Positions 8,453-19,600 of a stretch of 64,000 bases of DNA are shown here, piece after piece. Each line of letters begins with the position of its first letter. Position 1 is the first letter of the stretch. The DNA comes from a virus. Both the position numbers and the translations under genes were made by a program. The stretch lies in the IMG/VR virus record IMGVR_UViG_3300029286_003693, positions 1-64,000 of that record; one strand, 5' to 3'. A model generated the notes under the pieces. That model was given only the letters and a program-made list of their open reading frames with translations, was not told where the DNA came from and did no database searches.

Positions 8453-8679
8453 TGCTCTAACTCCGGGAGGCCTTTTGTTAATGCAGCTACGTCGGACCCA
8501 AGTGCCGAACAAATCTCACAGAGCACCGTGAATGTTAGATTCCGTTCGCCCCGCTCGACACCACCAATATACGAGCGATCAATATCAGCCTTGGCGGCAA
8601 GTTCCTCCTGCGTCCATCCATGCGCTTTCCGCTTCTCACGGATACGGTTCCCCAACTCTTCGAGTACATGCGTTTTCAT
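8449..8679 (-). CDS. R-M controller (C) protein, XRE HTH
   Basis: TQEELAAKADIDRSYIGGVERGERNLT; directly upstream of the REase. Confidence 0.88.
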   Translation of the reverse strand: MKTHVLEELGNRIREKRKAHGWTQEELAAKADIDRSYIGGVERGERNLTFTVLCEICSALGSDVAALTKGLPELEQ

Positions 8680-8701
8680 ATTTGAATAATGCTGTATTTG
8701 C

Positions 8702-8730
8702 GGACTATATGTCCACGGACTATAATACCC
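8702..8730 (-). promoter_or_regulatory. Dual C-box operator
   Basis: Minus strand GGGTATTATAGTCC-GT-GGACATATAGTCC fits the GACT-TAT-AGTC double operator with central GT. Confidence 0.8.
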
Positions 8731-8762
8731 ATTGTAAAAAATAGTTGAACGGGAAAGAAGTA

Positions 8763-8799
8763 CGGATGAACCTAAAAACCGCCTGGGTGCGCGTGACCA
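8763..8799 (+). repeat. Degenerate direct repeat, copy 2
   Basis: CGGATGAACCTAAAAACCGCCTGGGTGCGCGTGACCA. Confidence 0.8.
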
Positions 8800-8817
8800 T
8801 CTTTTCAACAATCCGGT

Positions 8818-9255
8818 TCAAAGCAAAAGTATCGCCACAACCGCCAGCAAAGCCCCCACCCCACCGGCCAGGACGTTGCTTTTAACATTTTCCATGAAGG
8901 TAGGCTTAGCCGCCTTGATCAACTGCTGGCAGTTTGCGTCCTGAGCCTCGGCCAATTTCTTCTGAGCCTCCAACGCGGCGGTCGCCACATCGACCTGTTC
9001 CTTCTGGATGTGGATAGTTTCTTTCAAGATATCCAGTTGCGCCTGCATCTCTGCCGTCCCTTGTTCCGAAAGCTCCACCTGTTTCCCAAGATTCGCTGTC
9101 CGCTCCAGCTCCATGACCATCTTCCCGGCGACGTCCTCGGAAAAGCACACTGCCCTCTGGGCGTAACCGTCAAGGCAAGGGAGGATACCCCATAGTAGAA
9201 AAGCGAGCGCGAATCTCAGAATTCGACTGAGGCGGGGCGACGTTTGCGTATTCAT
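8818..9255 (-). CDS. Lysis accessory protein (spanin-like, second component)
   Basis: Signal peptide, coiled coil and C-terminal hydrophobic helix; starts inside the preceding gene as in Rz/Rz1. Confidence 0.55.
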   Translation of the reverse strand: MNTQTSPRLSRILRFALAFLLWGILPCLDGYAQRAVCFSEDVAGKMVMELERTANLGKQVELSEQGTAEMQAQLDILKETIHIQKEQVDVATAALEAQKKLAEAQDANCQQLIKAAKPTFMENVKSNVLAGGVGALLAVVAILLL

Positions 9256-9523
9256 CTTTCAACTCCTGTAATTTCTTTACGATGACCTTATATTTCTGGT
9301 CTGATACGGTCAGCCGGTTCGTCAGTTCCTTGATTTTGGAATCTCGGGTCTTGATCTCCTGCTCGTATTGCGCCATCAACTGCTCCCGCATGTCCGCTAT
9401 GATATGCTGGGAATTGTCCGGCTTGTTCTGGGTGTAACTTAGGATCAGGATCGCTACGAGGCTGACCACAAGGAGCACAATCACCGTATTCCGCCAGCCC
9501 CAGCTACCAATAAAAGTAACCAT
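9170..9523 (-). CDS. Putative i-spanin (Rz-like)
   Basis: N-terminal TM segment plus coiled coil, downstream of the endolysin; AAGGA precedes ATG 9523. Confidence 0.6.
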   Translation of the reverse strand: MVTFIGSWGWRNTVIVLLVVSLVAILILSYTQNKPDNSQHIIADMREQLMAQYEQEIKTRDSKIKELTNRLTVSDQKYKVIVKKLQELKDEYANVAPPQSNSEIRARFSTMGYPPLP

Positions 9524-10085
9524 CTTTTCCTTTGCGGTATTGATTCCCATATTTTTCCACCTTCTTGGAATATTCGTAATTGACGGTGCAGAGGTCCAGG
9601 ATGCCCCATTTCATCTGGATTTTCTTACGGTGGCATGACAGCTTCATCAGCTCCCAATCCACCAGACCGGCCCGTTGATATTCTTTGTACAAGGTCCCCC
9701 TTCCCCCGTTATAAATCTGATATGAAACCCATAGCCTGTCAGTCCAGTTTTCCTTTCGGTGAATCTGGTTCATGTAAAACGCCTGCATCCGGATCGCATG
9801 GCGCGGATTGTACGGATCGAGAGCTTCCCCCATCAGCGATTGAATATACTGAGAGGTCTTCGGCATGAACTGAGCAATCCCCTGGCCAGCATCGAAAGCG
9901 GTAATGTTTGTCCGACATGCCGACTCTGCCTTGAGCTGTCCGATGCCATACCAGTACGGAAACTGAATCCCGAAATACTTCGTGTGCTCGACCCGGACAT
10001 CTTTGATGTGCGCCTCACACCGATCAAGGGCGTGCGCGGGTACGGCGACAAGGAGAAGGATCAGCCACCAACAGCGAAAGCCCAT
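9504..10085 (-). CDS. Signal-peptide endolysin, SLT lytic transglycosylase
   Basis: AES (catalytic Glu), GIAQFMPKT and YNGGRG motifs; signal ending ...PAHA. Confidence 0.88.
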   Translation of the reverse strand: MGFRCWWLILLLVAVPAHALDRCEAHIKDVRVEHTKYFGIQFPYWYGIGQLKAESACRTNITAFDAGQGIAQFMPKTSQYIQSLMGEALDPYNPRHAIRMQAFYMNQIHRKENWTDRLWVSYQIYNGGRGTLYKEYQRAGLVDWELMKLSCHRKKIQMKWGILDLCTVNYEYSKKVEKYGNQYRKGKDGYFYW

Positions 10086-10354
10086 ATCACCACTCCGTAA
10101 TAGGCAGTCAAGAACGCCACGCCCCCCCAGTGATGCTCTGTGATGAGGCCCTCCATGTCAAGATAGGGGAACAGGAACTTCCGGGAGGCATGAGCATAAA
10201 GAACGCCCATCGTCACAAACATCCCCTTCGTGATGAAGAGCCCCAAGAGCCCAAGCCGGGCCTCCGAGGGGATGAATGCAATCGCGATTGCCAGCACCAA
10301 AAGCAGGGTCAGCTCCGTCCTGATCCGCTTTACCTTTCCCAAAAAGGTTGTCAT
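10061..10354 (-). CDS. Putative holin
   Basis: 97 aa with about 3 hydrophobic segments, directly upstream of the endolysin. Confidence 0.65.
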   Translation of the reverse strand: MTTFLGKVKRIRTELTLLLVLAIAIAFIPSEARLGLLGLFITKGMFVTMGVLYAHASRKFLFPYLDMEGLITEHHWGGVAFLTAYYGVVIWAFAVGG

Positions 10355-10683
10355 ACGTCCTCCTTTCGCCGTCCACGTAACATCTTATCCGGTTGATCGC
10401 AGCCCCTTAGCTGGTGGATCATTTCGATCTCGCCGAGTCGCGTTGTGTGATCGTTCTTTGACGTTATCAGTTCCTTGTTGGTCTTATCCTGCTTGTCGAT
10501 GTACCTTTTCCCGACAAATGCGAGGATCGCTCCTGGCGCAATTCCATTGAACAGAAGAGGCCACGTTAAATCCGGTGCAGCTTGGGCAATCCCGCTAATC
10601 GCCGCAGCATACACAGCCGATGCCGCAAAGACGAAGATCAGGAGCACCGCAGATTTCATCCAATTAGCTCTCTTCACAGCCAT
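10351..10683 (-). CDS. Membrane protein of the lysis cassette
   Basis: Two hydrophobic segments plus a charged tail. Confidence 0.55.
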   Translation of the reverse strand: MAVKRANWMKSAVLLIFVFAASAVYAAAISGIAQAAPDLTWPLLFNGIAPGAILAFVGKRYIDKQDKTNKELITSKNDHTTRLGEIEMIHQLRGCDQPDKMLRGRRKEDV

Positions 10684-10689
10684 TCTCCT

Positions 10690-13600
10690 TCACAGTGTAT
10701 TTGGCATAGCATTCAAGCATGTCCTTTGTTCTCTGTAAGTATCGACATAATGTTTCTTGTACCAGGCGGTGGCCACGGATAGCGTCTCCTGCTGCTCCGG
10801 CGACAGGGACGCCTTGAACTTATACCGGTCGGCCAACCTCAAAGACGCCAGTGGGTGAACCCGCCTGATGCTCCCTTGGACATCGTGCAACTTCCCGCCC
10901 ATGTCCTGGTACTTCTTGAGATACTTCTCCGCTGCGCCAAAATCACCGAATTTCAACGCCTGCTTGTAATAGTAGAGGGAATTGCTCCGGTTTGTCGGCA
11001 TGGCCGCGGGCTTTTCCTTCCCCTGCTTGTCCAGCCAGTCAAAGATATATTTCCGGCTGGTGTAGTATGCCTGCTCACCTGGATCTGCTTCGGTGAGGGC
11101 CAGGCTTTGGATGTCTCGATACATCTGAGTCGCCCAGGTGCCGCCCTGCTTTGGCTTCCCCGACGCCTGATTGTAGATCCGGTCCAGGGAGAAAGTCCGA
11201 AGGATATGCTCCGCCGTGTCGCGGATCGGTCGCGGGTGCATCGGATCCGGGAAGAAACTCTGCCCGGACAGGGTCTCGTATAGCAGCTTCGGCTCCGGCC
11301 TGAATCCCTGGAAGAGCCTTAGAGGCGCGGCTTTGACTACTTCCTTCGCCAGGTCGCCGGCGCCCTTTGTCCCGCTGACAACCTTCTTGGCCTGCTCGAC
11401 GGGGTTGCCCATCCCGAACCACGAGAGGGCATCCGATAGGGCGCCCTGGAATCTGAGGGTGATGATGGAGCCATCAGCCCGCCGCCCCAGGATCATGTGA
11501 AGCTGTTCTCGCCCGGCCTCTTGCAGCTCATCCTCTTCATCGGGGAAGAACGCCGCGTTCCACAACATGACCAGCCCCATGAGGGCGGAGGCTTTGACGG
11601 CAAGTTTTGTCGTCTTCCAGGCCAGGACGCCGCCCATGGCGCCGATACCACCGCCGCCTTCATCCTTCAGGCTTCTGAATAACCGGACGTACCGGGGCGC
11701 GTTTATCTCAAGCCAGGAGTAGAAGGGGATCATCCGCTCCCGGATATACTGTCCGGCATGGCTGATATTGCCGTAGTCGCCGATCAGTTCTCGCGCCAGC
11801 TTTGCGGCCTTGTCGTCTCGGTTCTCAATGGCGTCAACCTCTTCCTTGCGCGAGGCTCCATAGACGATATCTCCTTTCGCCAGTCGGTCCAGGAAATACC
11901 GATTCGCCGCCAGCCGCAGGATGTTTTCCCGCAAGGTCGAGAGCTTCTTGCTCATCGTCCACCACCGGGACAGGGCGTTCTTGCTCTTGCCGTCGAAGAA
12001 GTCCACGAGGCCCTTGACAGATTTGACATCCCCCAGTTCGGGGATATCCATCGCCGTCATGCCGGACCCGACAACACCGCGCTTGGTCAGCCCAGACAGC
12101 TCGTCCATCAAAGCCTCGGATGCCTTCCCCTGGGACGCCGCCCATAGGTCCTTGAAGGCTTGCGAGAAATAACCCGTGATGATCTTCGGGTCGTAGGCGA
12201 GGGCGATGTCGAGGTCGCCCGACATATTGTTGATGTTGTATTTGATGACCCGGAAAGGGTTCATAAGAATCCACTGTTTCCAGGCCGTCAGCATACTTTT
12301 CGACATCTTCGCCGGGAGCGAATCCGACATGGCCGGCCTGAATTCGTTCAGGGTCTTGGAGATCCCTTCCTTCACAACCCATTCTTCATCGCGGCCCCTC
12401 GCCAGGACTTGCCGCACGGCTTCCGGAAGGTTCTTGTGTCCGGCCAACACCTGGTTAAGCGCCTGGTCTGCAATGCTGTTTGTGAAATAGAACGTGCTCC
12501 CGGTTTCAGGTTTATGGGCGACGTACCCCTCGGGGATCATATCGCGGTACGTGACCCAATCCTTGCCGACGATCTGCTTGATGAAGGCGTTCCTCGCTGC
12601 GATCGCCTTGAAAATCATGGCCGCCGGCATAGAACCCGGCCCCTCATGGTTGATCAAGTAGTTCAGCAGGGCGAACATCCGGGGGTGAGGAACGGGGTCA
12701 AATTCGATCTCGTCTTCCTTTGCCGCCCGGCGCTGCTCCTCCTGGTCAACGATGTGCTCGATGACATCGTCAAACTCCATCGGCAGGGAGCCCATGTCGT
12801 TCTCGGAAGTGAACAGTTTCGCGAGTTTCTGGAATCCCATCGCAATCTTCACCCGGAAGGGCAGAAGCGGGTCCGGATGGTCCGCCAGTGGGTCTCCGCC
12901 CTCCTCGTTGGTCTTCCGGTAGAAGGTCGCCATGTTCTGGTCTTTGGCTTCGGCCTCCAGTTGCGGCTTGATATCTGCCAGGCGCTCGATCTCCTTTAGA
13001 GACTTGACCGTCTCGATCTGAGTCAATGCCTGAGAAATAATCTCGAACTCGGATTCGACATACTCAGTGTTGTAATCAAGCTGGGAGCCCTTCCGTCCAA
13101 CCTGCCAGCCCTTTCGGTGGGTACGAACGTCCTGTGAAGACATCCCCCAATTCGGATTCTCCTTGTAGTTCATGTAGGCGAGGACCTGGTGATGGAAGTA
13201 GGCTGCCGGGTCGTTGGCGGCCTCCTCCTTCAGCAGCTTGTGCTGGATGAGTTGGTCGGTCAGCGAGCCCATGAAGGCGTTCCGCCTGTCAAGGGCTTCC
13301 ATTATCGCGGTGCTCCCCTCGGCGATGGCCCGGAAGTGGTCGTAATCCTGCTGTACCTGATCCCTGTTTTTGTACCCGAACGGAAGCCCGGCTTCATCTT
13401 CAACGGTCAGGGTGCCATCTTCGATGTCCCGGATCATGTCCGGCAGAAGAATGTTCATCGTGAACACATCCCGGCCCTGGGGAGAGAGTCGTCCGATGAA
13501 GCCGGAGAGCTGCCGAACGGTTTCATCCTTCGCCCACGCGGGAACGTCCTGGAACTTGCGGAAGACATCGATGACCGCGCCGTCTGTTTCCGGTTCAAGG

Positions 13601-16600
13601 TGCTGGAAGTGCCGGGTGAAATGTTCCCAGCCGGTGACGAGGGCATCCTTCGCCCTGTCCTTCAGGGAGGCATACTGGATCCCCTTGGCCGCCTTCAGGC
13701 GTTCGTTGACTTCGGGGAAAATGGAAGCGTTGTCGATGGCGTCCTTCTGGACGGAATAAAAAACCCTTTTGGTCCTAATATTTTTTTCAGACTCAAATAC
13801 CTCCTTAATCTTTTCGTAGTGGTCTCCGTCCTTATCCCGAACAGTCGTGAATGAAAGTTGTGTGTTTTTCGCGAAATAAAGCAGGTTATCAATATCCTCT
13901 TTCGTCAATGTCTTTTTGGCATCGTAGATCATAAAGTCTACGGCGTTTCTCTTTTCCGCTTCTCGCAGGATTTCCGTGTGAAGGGGACGGAGTTTCGAGT
14001 AGTCGTCGATAGAGATTAATGCTACGGGTTGACGCTGAGCGGAAACCAGAACCATCCCGCCCTCTTTCATATATAAACGGCCAAACTCCTCAAATTCATT
14101 TTGGCTTCCTATACTTTCGAGACCTTCCGGAGACTGGTCAAATTTTCTTCCCAGTATGGGCAGTTTGTAAATCGCAGGTTCTTTCGGCGGAAGGGGTTCG
14201 CTGGACCACCTGTTATCGGAATATCTCGACGGCGTGATCGCAATGATCGACATACTTTCGATCCCGGCGTCCGCGATAAGATCGCCAATGTTGGCGCTTA
14301 CGCTCAGGTCTGCATCGGACAATTTTGCTTGTCCGGAAGGATGGTTATGGACAAGCCATACCTTAGAAGCGCCTGTAATATTTAATATCTGCCCGGCAGC
14401 AAAATAGGGATATACGGCGCTCTGGTCAGGAGCTCCTATGGTGTGTTGATTGACGGCCAGAATCTTTCCGTTTTTGTCGGTGACAATAGAGACAAGGGTT
14501 TCCTGTGCATCACGCAATAGGTTATCACGGGCAATAACGGCGGCGTCTTCAGAAGTGGTTATTGTTCGGCGTGAGGATTTCCAGGTTCCGATGGGTTCAC
14601 TTTTGACGGTGGGGAGAGTACCCCGTTCGGGTACATAGGGAAGCACCCTTCCTCCAGGGGCGGGTATTTTCCGCTTATCATCGACCCCCTGTCCGGCGGC
14701 AGAGGCATTGTCAGCCAGCACCACCGCGGTTCCGGATACTTCTTGTCCATTGGATACCTCTTGATTATTGTTAAGCGCTCTGCGTGGCTTTCTTGTCAAC
14801 CCCTTTTCCGTAATTGCGAAAACCGGGAGATGTTCGTAGACGGCAATTCCTTGCTTCTCGCGGGGCTCCCCGTATGCTTCGTCCTGGGCCAGCTCCTTCT
14901 CTAATGCGGCTGCCAGCTTCTTCTCGGTTGCAGCATCCTGCGGAACGTCTTCGCTCTGGACCTCCCCCTCGGTAATCCGATACGGCCTGTCGAGACTCTC
15001 GTTCTTTGCGAAACGTTTCGCCCATGCCTCGCGAGATGCCGCATACCCGCCACCGTCGATCATGCCCCCGTCCAGCTCCAGTCCATAGTGCTCGGCCTGC
15101 CACGTCCCGTCTTTGAGCTGCCCTTCGATGGTGATGATCTTGCCGCTCGGCTCGATCCTCTTCAAGGCCCTGGCAAGCACCCTGCAGCCGCCGTCGAGCG
15201 GACCGGATTGGATAGGTCCGGCATCGGTGAGAATCGAGGCGACCGCATCCTTCCTGAAAGCCTGCTTGATCTTGTCGCCGAGCCACTTTGGTAATTCCAG
15301 GTCCGCGGTTCCAATGGCATACTTTTCACCTTTTGGATTAGATTTTGCGTAGACCAGCCCCTTGCCGCCGCCTACCGCATCACGCGCTGCCCGGATCGTT
15401 GCTCCCGAAGAAATCACATTATCAACGAAAAAGACGTTATCTCCGTCGAGTGTTTCCGTACTGACCATGCCGAACTCGACGGGTTTCATGGTCCGCCGCC
15501 CGGCTACGCGAGCATCCCGCTGACTTTGTCCAGCCGCCCGCTTGAGTACGTCTGCCAACCTGCCACCCGTGATGGCTGCGATCCGTTCCGCGAGGGCGAC
15601 GTTCGCTGCCGTATCCCCGGTATGTCCGGGTATCGGGACCAGTATCGCCGTTTTTCTCGCCTCTTCGGGGATGAGTGCCGCCATTTCTTTGGCGACGCTA
15701 TCCAACACGACCGGGTCCATTCCTTTGACTCCATAGGCATTTTCCCGGATGGTCTTTTCTTGGGCGCTCAGGGATGGCTTCACCCGCGGAGAGATGTATG
15801 CGTGGGCGGAAAGTGCCTCGTCATACGCCTTTACAGAGGACTTTTCCTCACCGGCGCGTATCCAGTCAACGGGGACTGCTCCCCTCACCTTCGCGCCGTG
15901 GCCGATTGCAATGCTTTCGGCCAAGGTATCGCCGAGGTCCGTCCGGCCTCCAAAGTGCCGCTTGTTCCTGAGCTGGTCATTGTCAGGAACAAGGTTTTTC
16001 ACCAGGACATCGACCGGGTAAATCGCGATCTCCTTCCCAGCATAGGCCAGCCTACCGAACTGATGGGCCATGCCGGGGAAGAGCGAGAGAGAGACGGTCC
16101 CGTGAGACGATTGCAGAGACTTGGCAGTCCTGGCGCTGGTCGGCTTCAGACCTTCCTTCATGACCGGGATGCCGGCGTCGGTCCCGTGGTACATCCTGAT
16201 CGTGGCGTATCGATTGTCCTTCAGCCAGGCATTGAGACGGGCAATAGCCTTCTTTGTAGGCTCCCGGTAGGCGATGTCATGCCATGCCTCGTCTTCGCTG
16301 AAGTCAGTGACGGCGGTGTCCCCGAAATTGTCATATTTCCCAGTGCCGTACGCCTCCTCTCCCTGGCTTGTTTCCTGGGTTTCCCTCTCGAATATCTTCC
16401 CGGACTGGAGTTCCCGCCCGATCATGCCTGCCGTCCTGATTCCCACGATCCGATTGATGAAGTCCTGGATCTTCTGCCAAATCTGCGCGAGGACCGTCTG
16501 ATTCGGCTGTGGCCCCTTTGCGAAATCCGCAAGCCACTTTGCCCGGTTCTCCTCGTGGCTCAGGTCCTTGTTCCATTTCCCTTCTTTCTGGATGCGGGCA

Positions 16601-19600
16601 TTCAAGGTCGCCTTGTCCGATTCGGAAATGACACCCAGCTTTTCAAGCCAGTGGACGGATTCGTGGGAAACGGTCCATGGGACTTTCGCGTTTTCCCGGA
16701 CGATCCGGATGACTCCCCTACCCTGCGCGTCAAGACCGTCGAACGCTCCGGCGATAAACTGGCCGGCGGCCAACCCCTTTTTGTATCCCGCGTTCAGGGA
16801 AACGGTATTCGGGGTGATCTCGGCGACGCCGTAGATAGTCGCCTGTGCCCCGTTCTTCAGAGTGACAGTGAAGTTGTCGCCGTCTTGCGCGACCTGCTGT
16901 CCAGGGAAGAGGGACTGAACCGTCTTGAGGTCCATTCTGCCGCCCCCGGTTGCGCCTTCCTCTCCGACAGCGTACTGGGGTCCCCCCGTCGCAGAGACCG
17001 CCTTCATGGCCTTTTCATCGATGTCCTTGACGCCCTGGGGCACATAGGATTCCTGTTTCGCGTTGATAAATGCGTCCCTCTCCCCCGTCTCGGTAACGTG
17101 GATCAGGAACCTCTCGCCCATACCCCTAGCCTCATAATGCCACGCCCCCTCCTTCCCGATTATCCTTTGCAGGAGGTTCCACTCAACCGGATCAACGGTC
17201 ACAAAGGTTGCTCCGGCGGGCACCCAAAACTTCGTTACGTTGTCGATCACGGTATAGGCTATTGGCTTCGTTACGGGCGACCGGGGTTTCCCTCCGTCCA
17301 GAGCATTCAGGGCGTCGGGAGCGTTGTAGCTGGATGCTATGCTGGGTTTGAGCTTACCGCTTTTTAGAAAACGGCTGAGGTCGGTCTTGGCACGGACGCC
17401 AATCGTCGTATTCTGGTGAGGGTACACGATCCCGTCATGAAACGACCACCCGTCTTTATCCGCCACATCTTCAAGGACGGGGACAACACCCTTATACTTA
17501 TCGATTGGAATCCCGGTGGTGGGATCTCCGACGGAAACCCCTCGTGCGGCCATTTGCGCCTCGACTTCGCGCAGTTCTTTGTCGTTGGTCGCGAGCTCGT
17601 CCACTTTTGCCCAGGGGGTGTCTATGACACTCTGTAATTTCGGCGCGTTGGCATTGAGTTCCGCGATGGCGTCCTTTGCCGACTCCTCACTGTGGTTCAG
17701 GTAGGAAAGGTATTCTGTCACAGTCCGGGAGACATTAGCCTTGATATCGGCTGTGGTAACGATTCCCTCTTTCCCTTGTTTTGCCTGGATGTCGGCCAAA
17801 TTCCGGTCGCTGCTGAGGATGCTTCCGGATATCAAGAGCCGTCGCCCATAGGGGTCTCTTTCTTTTCCCGTGATATCGGCCTTGGCTGGGAGCGGGACAA
17901 AGGTGTATTTTTTAACCTTCTTTTCCTTTTTCTCCCCGTCTTTCCCTTCTACCTCTTCGGTAACTTCCGTCTCCGTGTGGCTGCCGAATACCAACAAGGC
18001 AGCCTTTTTGTTCTCCGTCCACGAATGGGTGTCCACCATGACTGCCTTTTCAAGCGCCTCGGAGATCTCCTTCCCGTGCTTCTCCAGCACCAGGGTCCGG
18101 TCGTCGCCGATGAACCGTACCGCCGTCACCTTGCCCATAACGCTGCGACTGCGCTGGTAATCGGTGATACATTTCTCCAGTGCTTCAATCCGCCCGGGGA
18201 TAGCGGCCAGATCCATTCTCGATCGACGGACAACGTCGAGATGGGCGGCCTGCTCGAACCGAAGCCCCTGCACCTTCTGAAGAAGTGTCGCCTGGGTGGA
18301 CATGAGCGGATCGCCGGATGCTTCAGCCGCCATCATCTTCGCGCTCATGGTCTCGTCGCTGATGTCCTCGATCACGTCGAGGTTGACGTCTCCACCCAGC
18401 ACGGCATTCAGGACCTTACCCTTGGCAAATACCTTGTCCCAGCGGGTAGCGTCCACCGTTGTCTCGGTGACGTAATTCCAGATGTAGGTCCCCGGCATCC
18501 CGTCTCTGGCATAAAGATTCCCTGCCCGGATGCCACGCCCGTTGCGCTGCTCCCACGCCGAGTAGTTCCACCATACGTCAAGGTGATGGATGTCCGACAC
18601 GCGGCCCTGGATGTTGACCCCCGTGCCCGCCTTGCTCGTGGACCCGATCAGAACGCGAATGTCGCCGGCGTTGACCTTCTTGAAGAGGGATCGCAGGTTG
18701 GCCGCCTTCTTTTCCTTGTTGCTATGGTCGGCGTCGTGAATGAAGGCGATCTGATTTTCAGGAATCCCCAGTTTGACCAGTTCCTTCTTCAGGCCCTCGT
18801 ATGTATTGAACCCGGTAGACGCGCTTTCGTGCTCAAACATCTCTTCATTGTAAATCGCCAGATCTTCCGGGGCCAACTGAGAGGTTTCATCTTCAGTCTT
18901 ATACTTGAATTTGTCCGAGTATTTGCCGGGGATCCCCAGGTCTGCGAAGACAAGCTGGACGCCCTTGTGCTTTGCCTCTTCTTGCCACCGCCGATACATG
19001 ATCTTCGACGCCGTGGCGATCTTTGAATCCTGCTGCATCTCCGTGTTGGCATAGTGGTGATCAAGACGCTGATCGATAGCCACCTTGCTCATATTGGAGA
19101 TGATCCGGAGCATGTTGTCGGGGACGCCCTCGTATTCGGCATTTTTCGGATCCGCCTCGATTGCGGCACATCGCTCCAGAACGATCTGCTTATAATCCTC
19201 GACATACTGGTTGGGCTGCACCTTTACCCGTTGCGGTTCACCCCCACGGATGATCGGCCTTTTGACAGGCGTATCCTTCGCCCGGACGCTATCGACATTC
19301 TGATATGCCGTCGCCAGGAGCCGCCCGGCATTGACGATCCGGCGGTTCGTTGTGATGACCTTGTACTGCCCGCGGGCGCCGTCCCATTCCAACTGTGACC
19401 CCATGTCGCCAAAGTTGGCAATCCAGCGGTCGAAAGACCACACCCCTTGCCTCTTTACCTCCTGGGGCTGAAGCATCCGCTGAATGTTGTACATCTCCGC
19501 GATGGAGTTCGACAAAGCCGTTCCGGACGCCAGGACGATCCCATCCTTTTTGGGGAACTGGGCATTCAGGTACTGCGTCTTGCGGAAGAAGTCCTTCGCG

